DNA from: a candidate division LCP-89 bacterium
GTDB taxonomy: Bacteria > Electryoneota > B3-LCP
DNA: 64,000 bases
Assembly: GCA_025774555.1 (NCBI GenBank)
Contig: JALGVT010000007.1
Location: 17,327 to 81,326 of the forward strand
Reading direction: 5' to 3'
The position numbers were made by a program, and so were the translations under genes. The notes beneath the pieces are model-generated. The model was given only the letters and a program-made list of their open reading frames with translations. It made no database searches and was not told the origin of the DNA. Shown here one piece after another: positions 1-9,907 of the stretch (within the stretch, counting starts at the first letter, position 1; every line of letters begins with the position of its first letter).

Positions 1-69
1 CTTGCCCGAAATATACCGCCAAACAAGGAAGTGCGCTTTTCTCATTAAATAAACAATGCGGAGGTTAAC

Positions 70-1773
70 ATGAGAAGCTACGGTTGCATTGTCCTGGTGA
101 TCCTCTTAATCCTCTCCCACCTGTCTATCGCAGGCAATGCGAAAACAAACGATCCTCAGACCGACATCGTCAGTTGGACAACGGGCGCGAATATGCCCAC
201 TTCACGGTATGCTGCCGTAACCGGTTGCGCCTTCGGCTATATGTTCGTCGCGCAGGGCGCCATCACCAATACCTTCATGCCCTTCCATACAGCCGTATGT
301 GAACGGTACGATATTGTCAACGATACCTGGAGCAACATGAATCCCGCCCCGACGGCACGCAGAGCGATGGGGCTGGGCCAGGTCCAGGTCGGCGACGTCA
401 TGTATTCAGTGGGCGGCATAACGGGAATGAACATGTACACCGGCGCCAACGAAGCCTATGACATGGGCGGAAATGCCTGGACCGTGTTAGCTCCCTGCAC
501 CCCCCGCGCCGCGCATGGAGCCGGCACAGCATTCTGGATCAACTCTCACGTTTATGTCTTCGGAGGAATCGATGCAACAGGAGCTTTGTTGACATCGACA
601 GAGCGTTATGATATCTTTGCCAATTTCTGGGGACCGGTTGCTCCACTCCCCGTCGCGACCGCCAATTGCGCGGGAGCCAGTTTGAACAATAAAATCTACT
701 GCATCGGAGGCGATACTGGCGGGGGAATGACGTCGGCAGCCTGGGTTTACGATCCCGCCTGGGACACCTGGTCAGCGATTGCCAACCTTCCCGCTCCGCG
801 CAGGTATTGCACCGCGGTAGGCGATCCGACAGGCAACAGAGTCTATGTGTTCGGCGGTGAGATCGCGGGATCATTTACAGCTTCAGTGCTTTCATACGAT
901 CCTACCACCGATATATGGGTGGATGAAGGGAATATGCCGGGAGCCCGGGGATGGGCGGCTTGTGGTCAGGATTACAATGGATATGGATATGTTTTTGGTG
1001 GCGGATCGGGGATTGTCATGGTCCCTAATTTCAATAATAATACTTGGATTGGTCAGTTTCCGCCGAGTATGGCCGTCGATATCACCTACGTTTCCGGTTC
1101 TCCCGTCCCGGCAAATGGAGGGAACATCAACTTTGACATCTACATCGCAAATACCAGTATGTCCGCGCTGGCTTTCGACGCCTGGCTGGATATCGTCTAT
1201 CAGGGTGGAGCGCCGTCAACCGTGGTGCTTCGGTCGTTTACTAACTACCTTCCGGGTTGGGCGATTAACCGGCCCAACATGTACTATCCCATTTCCGGGA
1301 GTTACGCCGGAGGGAATTATGACATGTATGTCCGTGTGGGCTCCAATCCGAATGTCATCTGGGCGCAGGACAGCTTCGCCTTCACGAAATCCGGCGCCGC
1401 TGAAGCAGGTATTCCTTTTATACCCTTCAAAACCACAGCACCTTTCCCTGATCCATTTGGTGAGATAGATAAGGGTGAGGGCTTGGCAGGGCGAGGAGAC
1501 CTCGCCCCTACGGAATTTGCTCTGCATGGGGCGTATCCCAATCCGTTCAATCCTTCAACGTCTATCTCATTTGACCTGCCTGAATCCTGTCATCTAAGTC
1601 TGACAATCTACGATTTACAAGGACGAGTAGTTGCTGAGTTAGTTGATGGTGTTAGGGATGCTGGCACTCATGAAATAAACTGGAATGCTTCAGGAATGGC
1701 ATCAGGTTTGTATTTCTACCGTCTTGAGGCAGGAGAATTCACCGCGTCAGGGAAGATGGTGCTGATGAAGTGA
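70..1773 (+). CDS. Secreted Kelch/beta-propeller-like protein with conserved pre-CTD module and T9SS (Por) C-terminal sorting domain
   Basis: RBS ggagg 6 nt upstream; N-terminal signal peptide; VYVFGG/IYCIGG Kelch-like motifs; C-terminal ...YPNPFNPSTSISF...GKMVLMK matches the T9SS CTD consensus; ~190-aa pre-CTD module shared with 22318..24279 and 29877..32810. Confidence 0.75.
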   Translation: MRSYGCIVLVILLILSHLSIAGNAKTNDPQTDIVSWTTGANMPTSRYAAVTGCAFGYMFVAQGAITNTFMPFHTAVCERYDIVNDTWSNMNPAPTARRAMGLGQVQVGDVMYSVGGITGMNMYTGANEAYDMGGNAWTVLAPCTPRAAHGAGTAFWINSHVYVFGGIDATGALLTSTERYDIFANFWGPVAPLPVATANCAGASLNNKIYCIGGDTGGGMTSAAWVYDPAWDTWSAIANLPAPRRYCTAVGDPTGNRVYVFGGEIAGSFTASVLSYDPTTDIWVDEGNMPGARGWAACGQDYNGYGYVFGGGSGIVMVPNFNNNTWIGQFPPSMAVDITYVSGSPVPANGGNINFDIYIANTSMSALAFDAWLDIVYQGGAPSTVVLRSFTNYLPGWAINRPNMYYPISGSYAGGNYDMYVRVGSNPNVIWAQDSFAFTKSGAAEAGIPFIPFKTTAPFPDPFGEIDKGEGLAGRGDLAPTEFALHGAYPNPFNPSTSISFDLPESCHLSLTIYDLQGRVVAELVDGVRDAGTHEINWNASGMASGLYFYRLEAGEFTASGKMVLMK

Positions 1774-1786
1774 CAGTCGAGCAGAC

Positions 1787-1851
1787 TGTCATCCTCCGAC
1801 CTGTCGGGGGATCCAAGTTGTGTAGGGGCGCACGGCTGTGCGCCCTTTTTT
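1787..1851 (+). terminator. 3' element: tgtcatcc motif + hairpin (cctccgac/gtcggggg) + GTAGGGGCGCAC-GGCT-GTGCGCCC hairpin + T6; rho-independent terminator-like
   Basis: perfect GC-rich stem followed by tttttt; member of the GTAG-headed palindrome family seen after other T9SS genes. Confidence 0.6.
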
Positions 1852-1854
1852 CAA

Positions 1855-1901
1855 CCCCCCTTTCTTTTTCAAGGGGAGATTAAGGGGGGATCTGTTTTAG
1901 G
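1855..1901. repeat. Repeat family R (cccccc-T-rich-caagggg..taaggggggatctgttttagg), copy 1
   Basis: near-identical ~45-nt motif recurs at 35826..35879 and partially at 58875..58895. Confidence 0.6.
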
Positions 1902-2137
1902 AGCGATTCCCGCCGCGCTTCGCTTGCGGGAATGACAGAAAATCACCATCGAATATACCGCAATAAGGAAGATAATTTTGCTGAAATAGGGGCTGCCATC
2001 ATCCGCGTTCGCCTGTAAATCTTCGACATCCAGGGATGCAATGTAGGGACGAGGCGTGCCTCGCCTTCTGCGCCGACCCGCATATTCTATTCTCTTCGGG
2101 AATTGCTTGAATTACTGCTTCCGGTTCATTATATTTT

Positions 2138-2683
2138 GTGATGATCAATCTTGAACTGATAGCCGTTGCCATTGCGCTGGGATGCGATGCTTTTTCGGTG
2201 GCGATTGGGGTGGGGGCGCTGGGTTTGACCAAACGCCGCATCTTTCGTCTCTCCTGGCACTTCGGGCTGTTCCAGTTTTTCATGCCGCTGATCGGATTGG
2301 GCATCGGGCAGACTGCCGCCGGAATCATCGGCAGAAGCGGACACTTGATCGCCGCCGCCTGCCTCGCCGCTATCGGTATCAACATGATCAGACAGGCGCT
2401 GAGTAAGCGCAAATCCAGACGCGACAAGGTCGATCCAACGAAAGGCTGGCAGCTTATCATCCTGTCCGTTTCAACCTCAATCGATGCGCTGATCGCCGGA
2501 TTCGGGCTGGGGCTTATGGGAGTGCATGTCCTGTTTTCCTGCATAGTTATCGGCATTACCGCAGGGATCATGACGATGATCGGAATGTTGATCGGCGCGG
2601 GAGCATCCGCCACTCTGGGGAAAGGTGCGGAGATCTTCGGCGGGGTTGTACTGACCGTACTGGCAGTCATATTTCTGATATAG
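2138..2683 (+). CDS. mntP: Manganese efflux pump MntP (DUF204 family)
   Basis: 181 aa, 6 TM helices, internal repeat, N-terminal AIALGCDAFSVAIG motif characteristic of MntP. Confidence 0.75.
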   Translation: MMINLELIAVAIALGCDAFSVAIGVGALGLTKRRIFRLSWHFGLFQFFMPLIGLGIGQTAAGIIGRSGHLIAAACLAAIGINMIRQALSKRKSRRDKVDPTKGWQLIILSVSTSIDALIAGFGLGLMGVHVLFSCIVIGITAGIMTMIGMLIGAGASATLGKGAEIFGGVVLTVLAVIFLI

Positions 2684-2715
2684 ATTCTTCCACGGAAACG
2701 TAATTAATAACATAG

Positions 2716-3864
2716 ATGGACATGAAATTAGCTGATCGTTATCTTAAACTTCCACCCTATCTCTTCGCAGGGTTAGAGCAGAAAACGGCAGCGATGAAAG
2801 CCGCCGGAGTCGATCTGATCGACCTCGGAATAGGAGATCCCGACCTGCCACCGCCCGCATTTTTCGTCGCTTCGATGCACAGACATCTGGACGATGCCGA
2901 TACTCACCTCTACCCCACCAGCCAGGGCGATCCCGCGGTGCGCCGAGTAATCGCTGAATGGTTCAAGAATCGCTTCGGCGTAACCTTAGACCCTGATAGG
3001 GAGATATGTGTGCTCATCGGCGCCAAGGAGGGATTGGCGAATTTCTCACGAATAATCGTGAATCCCGGCGAAAAGGTCGCCGTTCCTGATCCAGCTTATC
3101 CGGTTTATGCTCAAGCAGGAGCGATACTTAACGACGCCGAACCGGTCCGTCTGCCTCTCGACCCTGAAAAAGGCTTTATTCCCGATATATCCGCGGCAGA
3201 AGGATGTCGAATACTGTATCTAAATTACCCAAACAACCCGACTGGAGCTACCGCCCCTGATGAATTTTTCGATGAAGTTGCCGCCTTTGCTGAGAACCAT
3301 CCCGATACTGCCGTAGTACAGGACGCCGCCTATTCAGAGATGACTTTCGGCGGTTACCGATCCCCCTCGCTGCTGCAGTTCACGCGAAAAGCGATAGAGT
3401 TTCATTCCATATCGAAGCTGTTCAACGCTACCGGCTTCAGAGTGGGCTTCGCCGTTGGCAGCGCTTCATTGATCAAACCGCTGACAGCGTTAAAAACGCA
3501 ATTCGATTCGGGCGCGCCGCTTTTTATCCAGAGAGCCATGGCTGACGGCTTAACGCGATACGATGGAGCCACTCCCCCCCCGAAGATCATTCAAAACCTG
3601 AGAGAATACGAAAAGCGACGCTTACTCGTTGAAGATGGATTGGAATGGCTCGGCTGGGACGTGCTTAAATCGAAGGCTACGTTCTTCGTCTGGGCAAAGG
3701 TTGGCGATGACGAGCTGCCTGTCGTCAACGCCGCGATTGGTAAAGGCGTGGTGTTAACACCCGGCAGCGGTTTCGGGAAATCCGGAACAGGATATGTGCG
3801 CCTGGCGTTATGTCAACCTTATGACCGCATTGAAGAGGCAGTTGAGCGGTTAAAAGGGTTGTAA
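2716..3864 (+). CDS. Class I/II PLP aminotransferase, LL-diaminopimelate aminotransferase (DapL)-like
   Basis: LPPYLFAGLEQK...IDLGIGDPDLPPP N-terminus typical of DapL-type aminotransferases; SKLFNATGFRVGFAVG PLP-lysine region. Confidence 0.6.
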   Translation: MDMKLADRYLKLPPYLFAGLEQKTAAMKAAGVDLIDLGIGDPDLPPPAFFVASMHRHLDDADTHLYPTSQGDPAVRRVIAEWFKNRFGVTLDPDREICVLIGAKEGLANFSRIIVNPGEKVAVPDPAYPVYAQAGAILNDAEPVRLPLDPEKGFIPDISAAEGCRILYLNYPNNPTGATAPDEFFDEVAAFAENHPDTAVVQDAAYSEMTFGGYRSPSLLQFTRKAIEFHSISKLFNATGFRVGFAVGSASLIKPLTALKTQFDSGAPLFIQRAMADGLTRYDGATPPPKIIQNLREYEKRRLLVEDGLEWLGWDVLKSKATFFVWAKVGDDELPVVNAAIGKGVVLTPGSGFGKSGTGYVRLALCQPYDRIEEAVERLKGL

Positions 3865-4017
3865 CTGTATTTGCGCGGATCTTTAGTATAAAAATAACTG
3901 GGTCATTCAGGCTGTCCAAGAATATAGATTTGTGTGTCGTTGCACGCCCTCGTGCGACGAAATAACAAGTACTTAACAGTCAGACGGGGGCGTCTGACTG
4001 CACGATTATATAAACAA

Positions 4018-4046
4018 GCCCGGGTCATTTTGCCCGGGTTTGTTTT
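4018..4046 (+). terminator. Rho-independent terminator (gcccggg-tcatttt-gcccggg + T-tract), between convergent genes; preceded by two more hairpins at 3937..3960 and 3979..4002
   Basis: perfect 7-bp GC stem followed by tttgtttt. Confidence 0.6.
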
Positions 4047-4077
4047 ATCATGAAAAATCGCGCATTCTCTGCTGTCA

Positions 4078-4341
4078 TCACTTCATTCTCAGTTCAGGTG
4101 TGTACGTTTTGTAAGGTGTGTCGGGCCATTCATCGAACACACGCTCAGGTGACTCGTATTGGAAAGGAGACGTGGGCCATTCTTCAGGATGCGATAACAG
4201 ATATTTCCCGATAATCGGCAGTATGAAAAAAGCCTTTTCCTGTTTTGCCGTCTTCGCCGAAGCAACCCCCATGGAGACAGTGCCCAGTGCGAAGAAGGCG
4301 ACCAGCATCAGTGTTGCCAGTTTCATAATAACCTCCAGCAC
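4078..4341 (-). CDS. Small hypothetical secreted protein
   Basis: 87 aa, N-terminal signal peptide (MKLATLMLVAFFALGTVSMGVASA). Confidence 0.35.
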   Translation of the reverse strand: MLEVIMKLATLMLVAFFALGTVSMGVASAKTAKQEKAFFILPIIGKYLLSHPEEWPTSPFQYESPERVFDEWPDTPYKTYTPELRMK

Positions 4342-4549
4342 GTAGTTAATTTAATGCCTCCTGTCCACTAATTAGGCAAATGACATGCCAATAGTGTAAC
4401 TATCGCAATAACAATATAATACTGCGAACTTACCCACATAATTATTACGTGTTGCTACGCTTAAATTAAAGCTCTATTGTTGAAATCTATCAGAACGCTA
4501 CAACGGAATGTTCAAAACAGATCAAGTTTGTTAAGAATGTTTTTGTGGT

Positions 4550-5965
4550 TTATCTGGTGGGATGTTCTAAGGGTTCAGCGTGGATCAAGGCTCGGGATAA
4601 TTCGGGGATGGTTCTGCACAGTTCGTCTTCCAGTTCGGTCGTCTTCAGATGGACTTCTCGGACGGGAAGATCAGCGGGAAAGAGACAATGCATAGTGGCG
4701 GCAAGTCTGCCGGAATCATCATTCAGGAATATCTCATGGCATCTCCCCTCACCAAGAAAACGTTCGCAGACTGACTTAATTTTTTCTGTGATGTCTGGTC
4801 TGTCCAATCTAACGGTTTCCAGGTGTTGATGAAAACCGCCAGTTTCTTCAATGTGAATTTGTACTGATTTAATCTCATAATATTGATGCAAGAGTTTCAT
4901 TTCCAGGTCAGTCGCCAGTTTATGCGCATCACCCAATGTCTTATCGCCGGATACTTCGAGGTGTAGTTCCGCGATATATTGATGTCCGTCACGAAGCAGT
5001 GTGAGATGGTGTGCTTGAAATCCCTCGGAGTTGATGAAGTGAAGAATGCCTATATCGAGGGATTCATGGCGGTGCGCAGCCGGATTCATGTGAACCACAA
5101 CGTCCAGACCACTGATTTGCTGGCTCAATTTTCTCTCCAGAATGCGCGCAACATCGTGAGCTTCACTAAAAGAGAGAGTCCGGTCTATAGCCACCCGCAG
5201 ATCCGCAAAGATATTGGATCCTGACCTTCTCAATCGCAGTTTATCAATGGATAGGACTCCTGCTTCCGGTAAGACAACCTCGCGAATCTGCTGAATATAT
5301 TCTTCGGGGACGCGGTCGATCAGAATGTCCAGATTCTTCTTACCGAGACGAATTGCTAAGACACCAACCCAGATTGCGATCAGTAAAGCAGCGATAGCAT
5401 CCGCACGCGGATACCCCAGCGCTACGGCAGCTAAACCAACAATAACCAGACTTGAACTCAAGATATCTGAATAGAAGTGGATAGCGTCAGCTTCCAACGC
5501 CTGAGATTGATATTTTTTAGCGGTCCGCATCAAGGCACGGTAGCGATAAAAGTCCACGATAATAGCCAGCAGCAAGACCATGAAACTATAGATTGTGATC
5601 CGAGGGATTTCGACCGGGCTGGTCAACCTTGTAATAGCTTCCGAAAGAATCCAAAAGCAGGCAGCTAAAAGAAGAGCGGCTTCAAAAAGAGCTGAAAGAC
5701 TCTCGATCTTGCCGTGACCGTAATGGTGAGTCGCATCGGCGGGACGGTCAGCCGCTTTAACAGATAGAGCGGTGATCAGCGAAGCGAGAAAATCGAGTCC
5801 GGAATGAGCTGCTTCAGCCAGAAGCGCTAAAGACCCTGTCAGTATCCCAACAACTGCTTTTATAGCAATCAGAAAGAGAGATGCCCCGACGGAAATCAGG
5901 GCTACCTTTATCTTCTCAAAACCGCTTGAGACAGCATCGTTTTCGGAAGCACTGCGGTGCGTCAT
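4550..5965 (-). CDS. Cation diffusion facilitator (CDF) family metal efflux transporter with three tandem C-terminal cytoplasmic domains
   Basis: 6 TM helices, HYGHGKIESL motif; three successive CDF-CTD-like segments; start set at ATG 5965 because it forms an ATGA overlap with the stop of the upstream ORF (ORF-track start 5983 is an alternative). Confidence 0.7.
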   Translation of the reverse strand: MTHRSASENDAVSSGFEKIKVALISVGASLFLIAIKAVVGILTGSLALLAEAAHSGLDFLASLITALSVKAADRPADATHHYGHGKIESLSALFEAALLLAACFWILSEAITRLTSPVEIPRITIYSFMVLLLAIIVDFYRYRALMRTAKKYQSQALEADAIHFYSDILSSSLVIVGLAAVALGYPRADAIAALLIAIWVGVLAIRLGKKNLDILIDRVPEEYIQQIREVVLPEAGVLSIDKLRLRRSGSNIFADLRVAIDRTLSFSEAHDVARILERKLSQQISGLDVVVHMNPAAHRHESLDIGILHFINSEGFQAHHLTLLRDGHQYIAELHLEVSGDKTLGDAHKLATDLEMKLLHQYYEIKSVQIHIEETGGFHQHLETVRLDRPDITEKIKSVCERFLGEGRCHEIFLNDDSGRLAATMHCLFPADLPVREVHLKTTELEDELCRTIPELSRALIHAEPLEHPTR

Positions 5966-6282
5966 AGAAAATTCTCTTCCCATTCAATATCTTCTAAAAT
6001 AACCTCTTCACCTTCGGATTCATCCCAGATAGCCATAGGATTGACATACGATATCCAGTCAAGGAAATCATCGCGCCCTGAAAATCGATCGAGAAACCGA
6101 TAAATCATGCTCACATCGACTTCCATAATGTGCGGCGGTAATTGAGATCCCCGAAGGAGGCTATAATCGACGTCAGCGCCATTCTCCTCAGCCCAGTCTG
6201 CCATCATCCGCTTGAGCGTCCACCAATATTCACCAAAATTGACATAGGCTTCGGGATGCAACAATAGACCTTCCAGGATCAC
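5962..6282 (-). CDS. Hypothetical acidic protein, translationally coupled to the CDF transporter
   Basis: 106 aa; stop TGA overlaps the ATG of the downstream CDF gene. Confidence 0.35.
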   Translation of the reverse strand: MILEGLLLHPEAYVNFGEYWWTLKRMMADWAEENGADVDYSLLRGSQLPPHIMEVDVSMIYRFLDRFSGRDDFLDWISYVNPMAIWDESEGEEVILEDIEWEENFL

Positions 6283-6622
6283 GCCGAAATCCAGATCGGA
6301 AGCTGTATTGGTTGTTTTTTCCAGCGGTATACACTCCCATTATTTTTTAATAATGTAATAATCCCTTTATAGCTTGTCAAGTAAAATAATAAAGCAATGA
6401 GGGTGCGATGCTGCATTGTCATTGCCAAGGCAAAACAGAATTATCTTAATTCTCTAAATTCTTAGACATTCTATTTCATTGGGCTCCTCGCATGGGTTTC
6501 CACTCGTGGCTAATAATGGGTTCATCCTACGAAGGGGCTGTCTTTCTGACCTGCGGGATTATTCAGATCCCTGAAGGAGATCACCTACGGGCAGCTTTGG
6601 ATGGAAATCCATGGTGATTTTC

Positions 6623-6661
6623 GTCGGGGTTGGGGACACCATAAGCGGAGCCGACCACCGG
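6623..6661. repeat. Expanded P2-type REP-like palindrome (gtcggggttggggacacca..gcggagccgaccacc)
   Basis: homologous to the in-frame element at 53049..53092; lies in a 500-bp ORF-free intergenic region. Confidence 0.5.
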
Positions 6662-6759
6662 TTATGGAGGAAGTAACTGCTGGAGTCGAGAAAGTGAACG
6701 ACCACCCACTATGGAGATGTAGAGGCTGCTGTTAACAAAATAGAGTTAATCTCACATAA

Positions 6760-6801
6760 AGCAAAGAGGCTAACCCGTTGGATCAGCCTCTTCTTACTTT
6801 T
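6760..6801. terminator. Bidirectional rho-independent terminator (gaggctaacccgttggatcagcctc) after pilC
   Basis: 25-nt hairpin flanked by T-rich runs on both strands. Confidence 0.55.
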
Positions 6802-6817
6802 ATTTCTGTTTATACGC

Positions 6818-8068
6818 CTATAATCCATGCTGTACTGCCATACCGAGGTAGAAGATTGGCAAGTAGAGTGAGATAATGACAACCAGAACGACGGAACCGA
6901 TCAGCACAATCAGCAGCGGTTCGATCAAGGAAGTCAATCTTTCAACGATAGCATCGACCTGTTTTTCGTAGAAGTCGCCGGCTTTCATCAGCAGAGCGTC
7001 TATCTCACCGGTCTCTTCTCCTGTGGCGGCGAGCTGCACTAGCGTCGGTGGGAACACCTGTGATTTCTTCATGGCTACGGATATGGCGAAACCGTCCTTT
7101 ATCAGTACCTTAGATTCTCTGATTCCCTTCTCGACGACTTTATTGCCAACGACTTTCTGAATTTGTGTCAGTGAATCCAACACGGGCACACCAGCTCCCA
7201 GAAGAATACCGAAGGTTTTTGAGAACTTGTTCATGATAGAGTTGCTAAGCAGTGTGCCGAATACCGGGAATTTGAGTTTAATCGAGTCGAAGGCTAATCC
7301 GCCTTTTTCGGTCATGGAAATAATCCAGAGCAGAACAACGATTCCGAAGATGATGGCTGCTGAAAGCAGGAAGTTTTCCGATATTAATTGTGAGACAGCA
7401 ATTAATGTTCTAGTGGCTATAGGAAGCTTAGCGCCAAATTTTGCATACACATCCTGGAAAAGCGGCACGATAAAGACTAACAATACTGTCAGGATCAATG
7501 CAAGGAAGCAAATCGAAAAGACCGGATATGCCATTGCTGAAACAACCTTACGCCTGGTTTCAGCAATCGTTTCGAGGTAGTTTGACAGTTGTTCTAACGT
7601 TACGTGCAATGAACCGGAGATTTCGCCTGCGCGCACCAGCGCGACGTAAAGGTTGGAGAAAACACCTGGATGATTTGCCATGGCATCCGACAGCGCCATC
7701 CCCTTCTTCAGATCGTTGCTCACCTGCGCCAGGACTTTACGGAATTTCTTATTCTTCTCCTCAATCATCAAGTTTGCTACGGATTTCTCTAGCGTTAATC
7801 CGGCAGAGAACATGGTCGCAAGCTGTCTTGTAAAGAATACCAGGATATTCAGTGGAACGCGTGTCCGCAGTTTAAAGAAGAAGAGGTTGACCTGCTCAGG
7901 AATTGTGAGTCTTTCAGCCTGGAACTGGGATTTGACCTCACGGATGGAGATAATATCCGCTCCTTTTTTACGAAGGCTCTCCATCGCCGATTCAACGGTA
8001 GCGGAACGGATATAATCCTCTAAGCGGTTCCCAGCTTCGTCCTTGATTACATATGCAAAATTCGGCAT
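6818..8068 (-). CDS. pilC: Type IV pilus inner-membrane platform protein PilC (GspF family)
   Basis: 416 aa, two GspF repeats, three TM segments; adjacent to pilB. Confidence 0.85.
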   Translation of the reverse strand: MPNFAYVIKDEAGNRLEDYIRSATVESAMESLRKKGADIISIREVKSQFQAERLTIPEQVNLFFFKLRTRVPLNILVFFTRQLATMFSAGLTLEKSVANLMIEEKNKKFRKVLAQVSNDLKKGMALSDAMANHPGVFSNLYVALVRAGEISGSLHVTLEQLSNYLETIAETRRKVVSAMAYPVFSICFLALILTVLLVFIVPLFQDVYAKFGAKLPIATRTLIAVSQLISENFLLSAAIIFGIVVLLWIISMTEKGGLAFDSIKLKFPVFGTLLSNSIMNKFSKTFGILLGAGVPVLDSLTQIQKVVGNKVVEKGIRESKVLIKDGFAISVAMKKSQVFPPTLVQLAATGEETGEIDALLMKAGDFYEKQVDAIVERLTSLIEPLLIVLIGSVVLVVIISLYLPIFYLGMAVQHGL

Positions 8069-8084
8069 GCAGTCTCCTAAGAAG

Positions 8085-9821
8085 CTACACTTCGGTCACT
8101 GTGGAACGAAGAACTTCACTGATAGTTGTAATTCCCTGTTCTATCTTCATGATACCAGCTTCCCTCAAGGTAACCATACCGTGTTCCATGGCAAGCTCGC
8201 GGATATCTTCCTGATTCTTGTTGTCGAAAACGTACCGTCGGATATTTTGACGCATTTCGAGCATTTCAAAGATTCCGATTCGTCCGTAGAATCCTGTTCC
8301 CCGGCAACGATTACAACCTTTACCCCTGTAATATTTAATAGCTCTGCCGCGCTCATTGTTTAACCCCAGGGCTTCAAGGTCTTCAGTTCTGGGCTGATGC
8401 TCTTCTTTACATTTCAAACATATCCGCCGCACCAGACGCTGCGCCATAATCAGGTTTAAACATGATCCCACCAAGAATGGCGGCACACCGATATCTATCA
8501 AACGGGTGATTGTCGATGGCGCATCGTTGGCGTGCAGGGTTGTGAAGACCAGATGACCGGTGAGCGAGAATTTAACGGCGATATCAGCCGTTTCTGCGTC
8601 GCGGATTTCACCGATCAGCATTTTATCGGGGTCCTGACGAAGAATGCTTCGAAGCGCAGCCGAAAAGGTAAGTCCAATATTTGCTTTCACCTGCACCTGA
8701 TTGATTCCATCGAGGTGATATTCGACCGGATCTTCAACTGTGGTAATGTTGTCATCCGGGCTTTTAATCTCTTTTAAAGCTGCGTACAATGTTGTCGATT
8801 TACCTGAACCAGTTGGACCGGAGATAATCAGCATCCCATAAGGCTGAATGATCCAACGTCTGAAAATCTTCAGCATTTCAGGTTCAAAACCGAGGGTTTC
8901 GAGAGTCATAGCAAAGCCGGTCTTATCCAGCAGACGCATCACTATCTTTTCGCCGTTCACTGTTGGCAAAATACTTACGCGGACGTCCACTTCCTTCCCC
9001 GGAGCTTTGATTGTGAACCTGCCATCCTGCGAGAGACGTTTTTCAGCGATATTCAGACGGGATAGAATTTTTATCCTTGAGATGATCCCCGAATGAGCCG
9101 ATTTCGGCGGCGTCATGACCTCTTGCAATACGCCGTCGATGCGAAACCTGATGGAGACGTTATGATCCTGCATCTCAACGTGAATATCGGTGGCGCGCTC
9201 TTTCAAAGCGTCAGCCATCATCATATTACAGAGCTTGACAATGGGCGCATCGTCGATTCCGACCTGAGTCTTGGACATATCGACCAAGCCCTCTTCCTCA
9301 TCTTCGGATTCGGTGAAGAACTGCAGATCGCCGAAGACTTCAGAAACCTCGTCTGCTTGCCGGATACGAATATAAAGCTCTTCAATAGCCGCATTAATGG
9401 CATTTTTCGTGGCAAGCGCCGGCTCTATTTCAAGGTTGGTTAGATTCCGAAGTCCATCGATAGCTACAATATCGTCCGGGTCTGCCATTGCCACCTTCAA
9501 AACAGAATCATCCGAAGCAGCGGGGATAAGAATATGTTCAGCGGCGAATGGCTCCGGAACAAGACTCACAATCGCCTCGGGTATCTCGAGCAGTTTTTCG
9601 GCGTTAATGAAGGGTATCCCCATCTGTTTTGCCAATGCAAGCGCTACGTGTTCTTCGATGGCAAATCCGAGAGTCACAAGGATTTTGCCCAGTTTGCCTT
9701 TCTTTTCCTTCTGTTCATTCAGGCTCTGTCTGAGCTGATCCTCCGAGATAAAGCCTTCATTCAGGAGAATTTCACCCAGCTTTTTAAACTGCGGATTGTA
9801 GTTATTTTCAGCGAACATCAA
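8085..9821 (-). CDS. pilB: Type IV pilus assembly ATPase PilB (GspE family)
   Basis: N-terminal GSPII_E-N domain, Walker A GPTGSGKST, C-terminal tetracysteine (CLKCK...CNRCRGTG) motif. Confidence 0.9.
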   Translation of the reverse strand: MMFAENNYNPQFKKLGEILLNEGFISEDQLRQSLNEQKEKKGKLGKILVTLGFAIEEHVALALAKQMGIPFINAEKLLEIPEAIVSLVPEPFAAEHILIPAASDDSVLKVAMADPDDIVAIDGLRNLTNLEIEPALATKNAINAAIEELYIRIRQADEVSEVFGDLQFFTESEDEEEGLVDMSKTQVGIDDAPIVKLCNMMMADALKERATDIHVEMQDHNVSIRFRIDGVLQEVMTPPKSAHSGIISRIKILSRLNIAEKRLSQDGRFTIKAPGKEVDVRVSILPTVNGEKIVMRLLDKTGFAMTLETLGFEPEMLKIFRRWIIQPYGMLIISGPTGSGKSTTLYAALKEIKSPDDNITTVEDPVEYHLDGINQVQVKANIGLTFSAALRSILRQDPDKMLIGEIRDAETADIAVKFSLTGHLVFTTLHANDAPSTITRLIDIGVPPFLVGSCLNLIMAQRLVRRICLKCKEEHQPRTEDLEALGLNNERGRAIKYYRGKGCNRCRGTGFYGRIGIFEMLEMRQNIRRYVFDNKNQEDIRELAMEHGMVTLREAGIMKIEQGITTISEVLRSTVTEV

Positions 9822-9907
9822 TTTGTTTTCATCCTTATCTGCATAAGAAATCAGCCTGCCGATTCAAACTTGTAAATAGCAAGTCAGGTTCTTAGAATAC
9901 ACGTTAT

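Noticed and set aside
845-1468. Antisense/alternate-frame ORFs inside long genes (845..1468, 17173..17571, 45988..46446, 49727..50359, 51757..52317 and similar)
   Set aside because: Fully nested in longer ORFs that have clear domain architecture. Composition is typical of out-of-frame translation of GC-rich repeats.
1786-1951. MITE with terminal inverted repeats ctgtcatcc / ggaatgacag
   Set aside because: The downstream arm is also part of a local perfect hairpin (attcccgc...gcgggaat), and only 7 nt match. Kept as a weak note, not called as a mobile element.
1930-2137. yybP-ykoY manganese riboswitch upstream of mntP
   Set aside because: Could not recognise the conserved four-way-junction sequence blocks by eye. 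A cmscan is needed, and this call stays open.
6400-6800. Possible ncRNA (RNase P / tmRNA / 6S) in ORF-free region
   Set aside because: None of the conserved motifs (GGAAAGTCCGGGCTCC, tag-peptide ORF with AA-stop, SRP domain IV) are visible. The region instead contains a REP-like palindrome homologous to others in the window.
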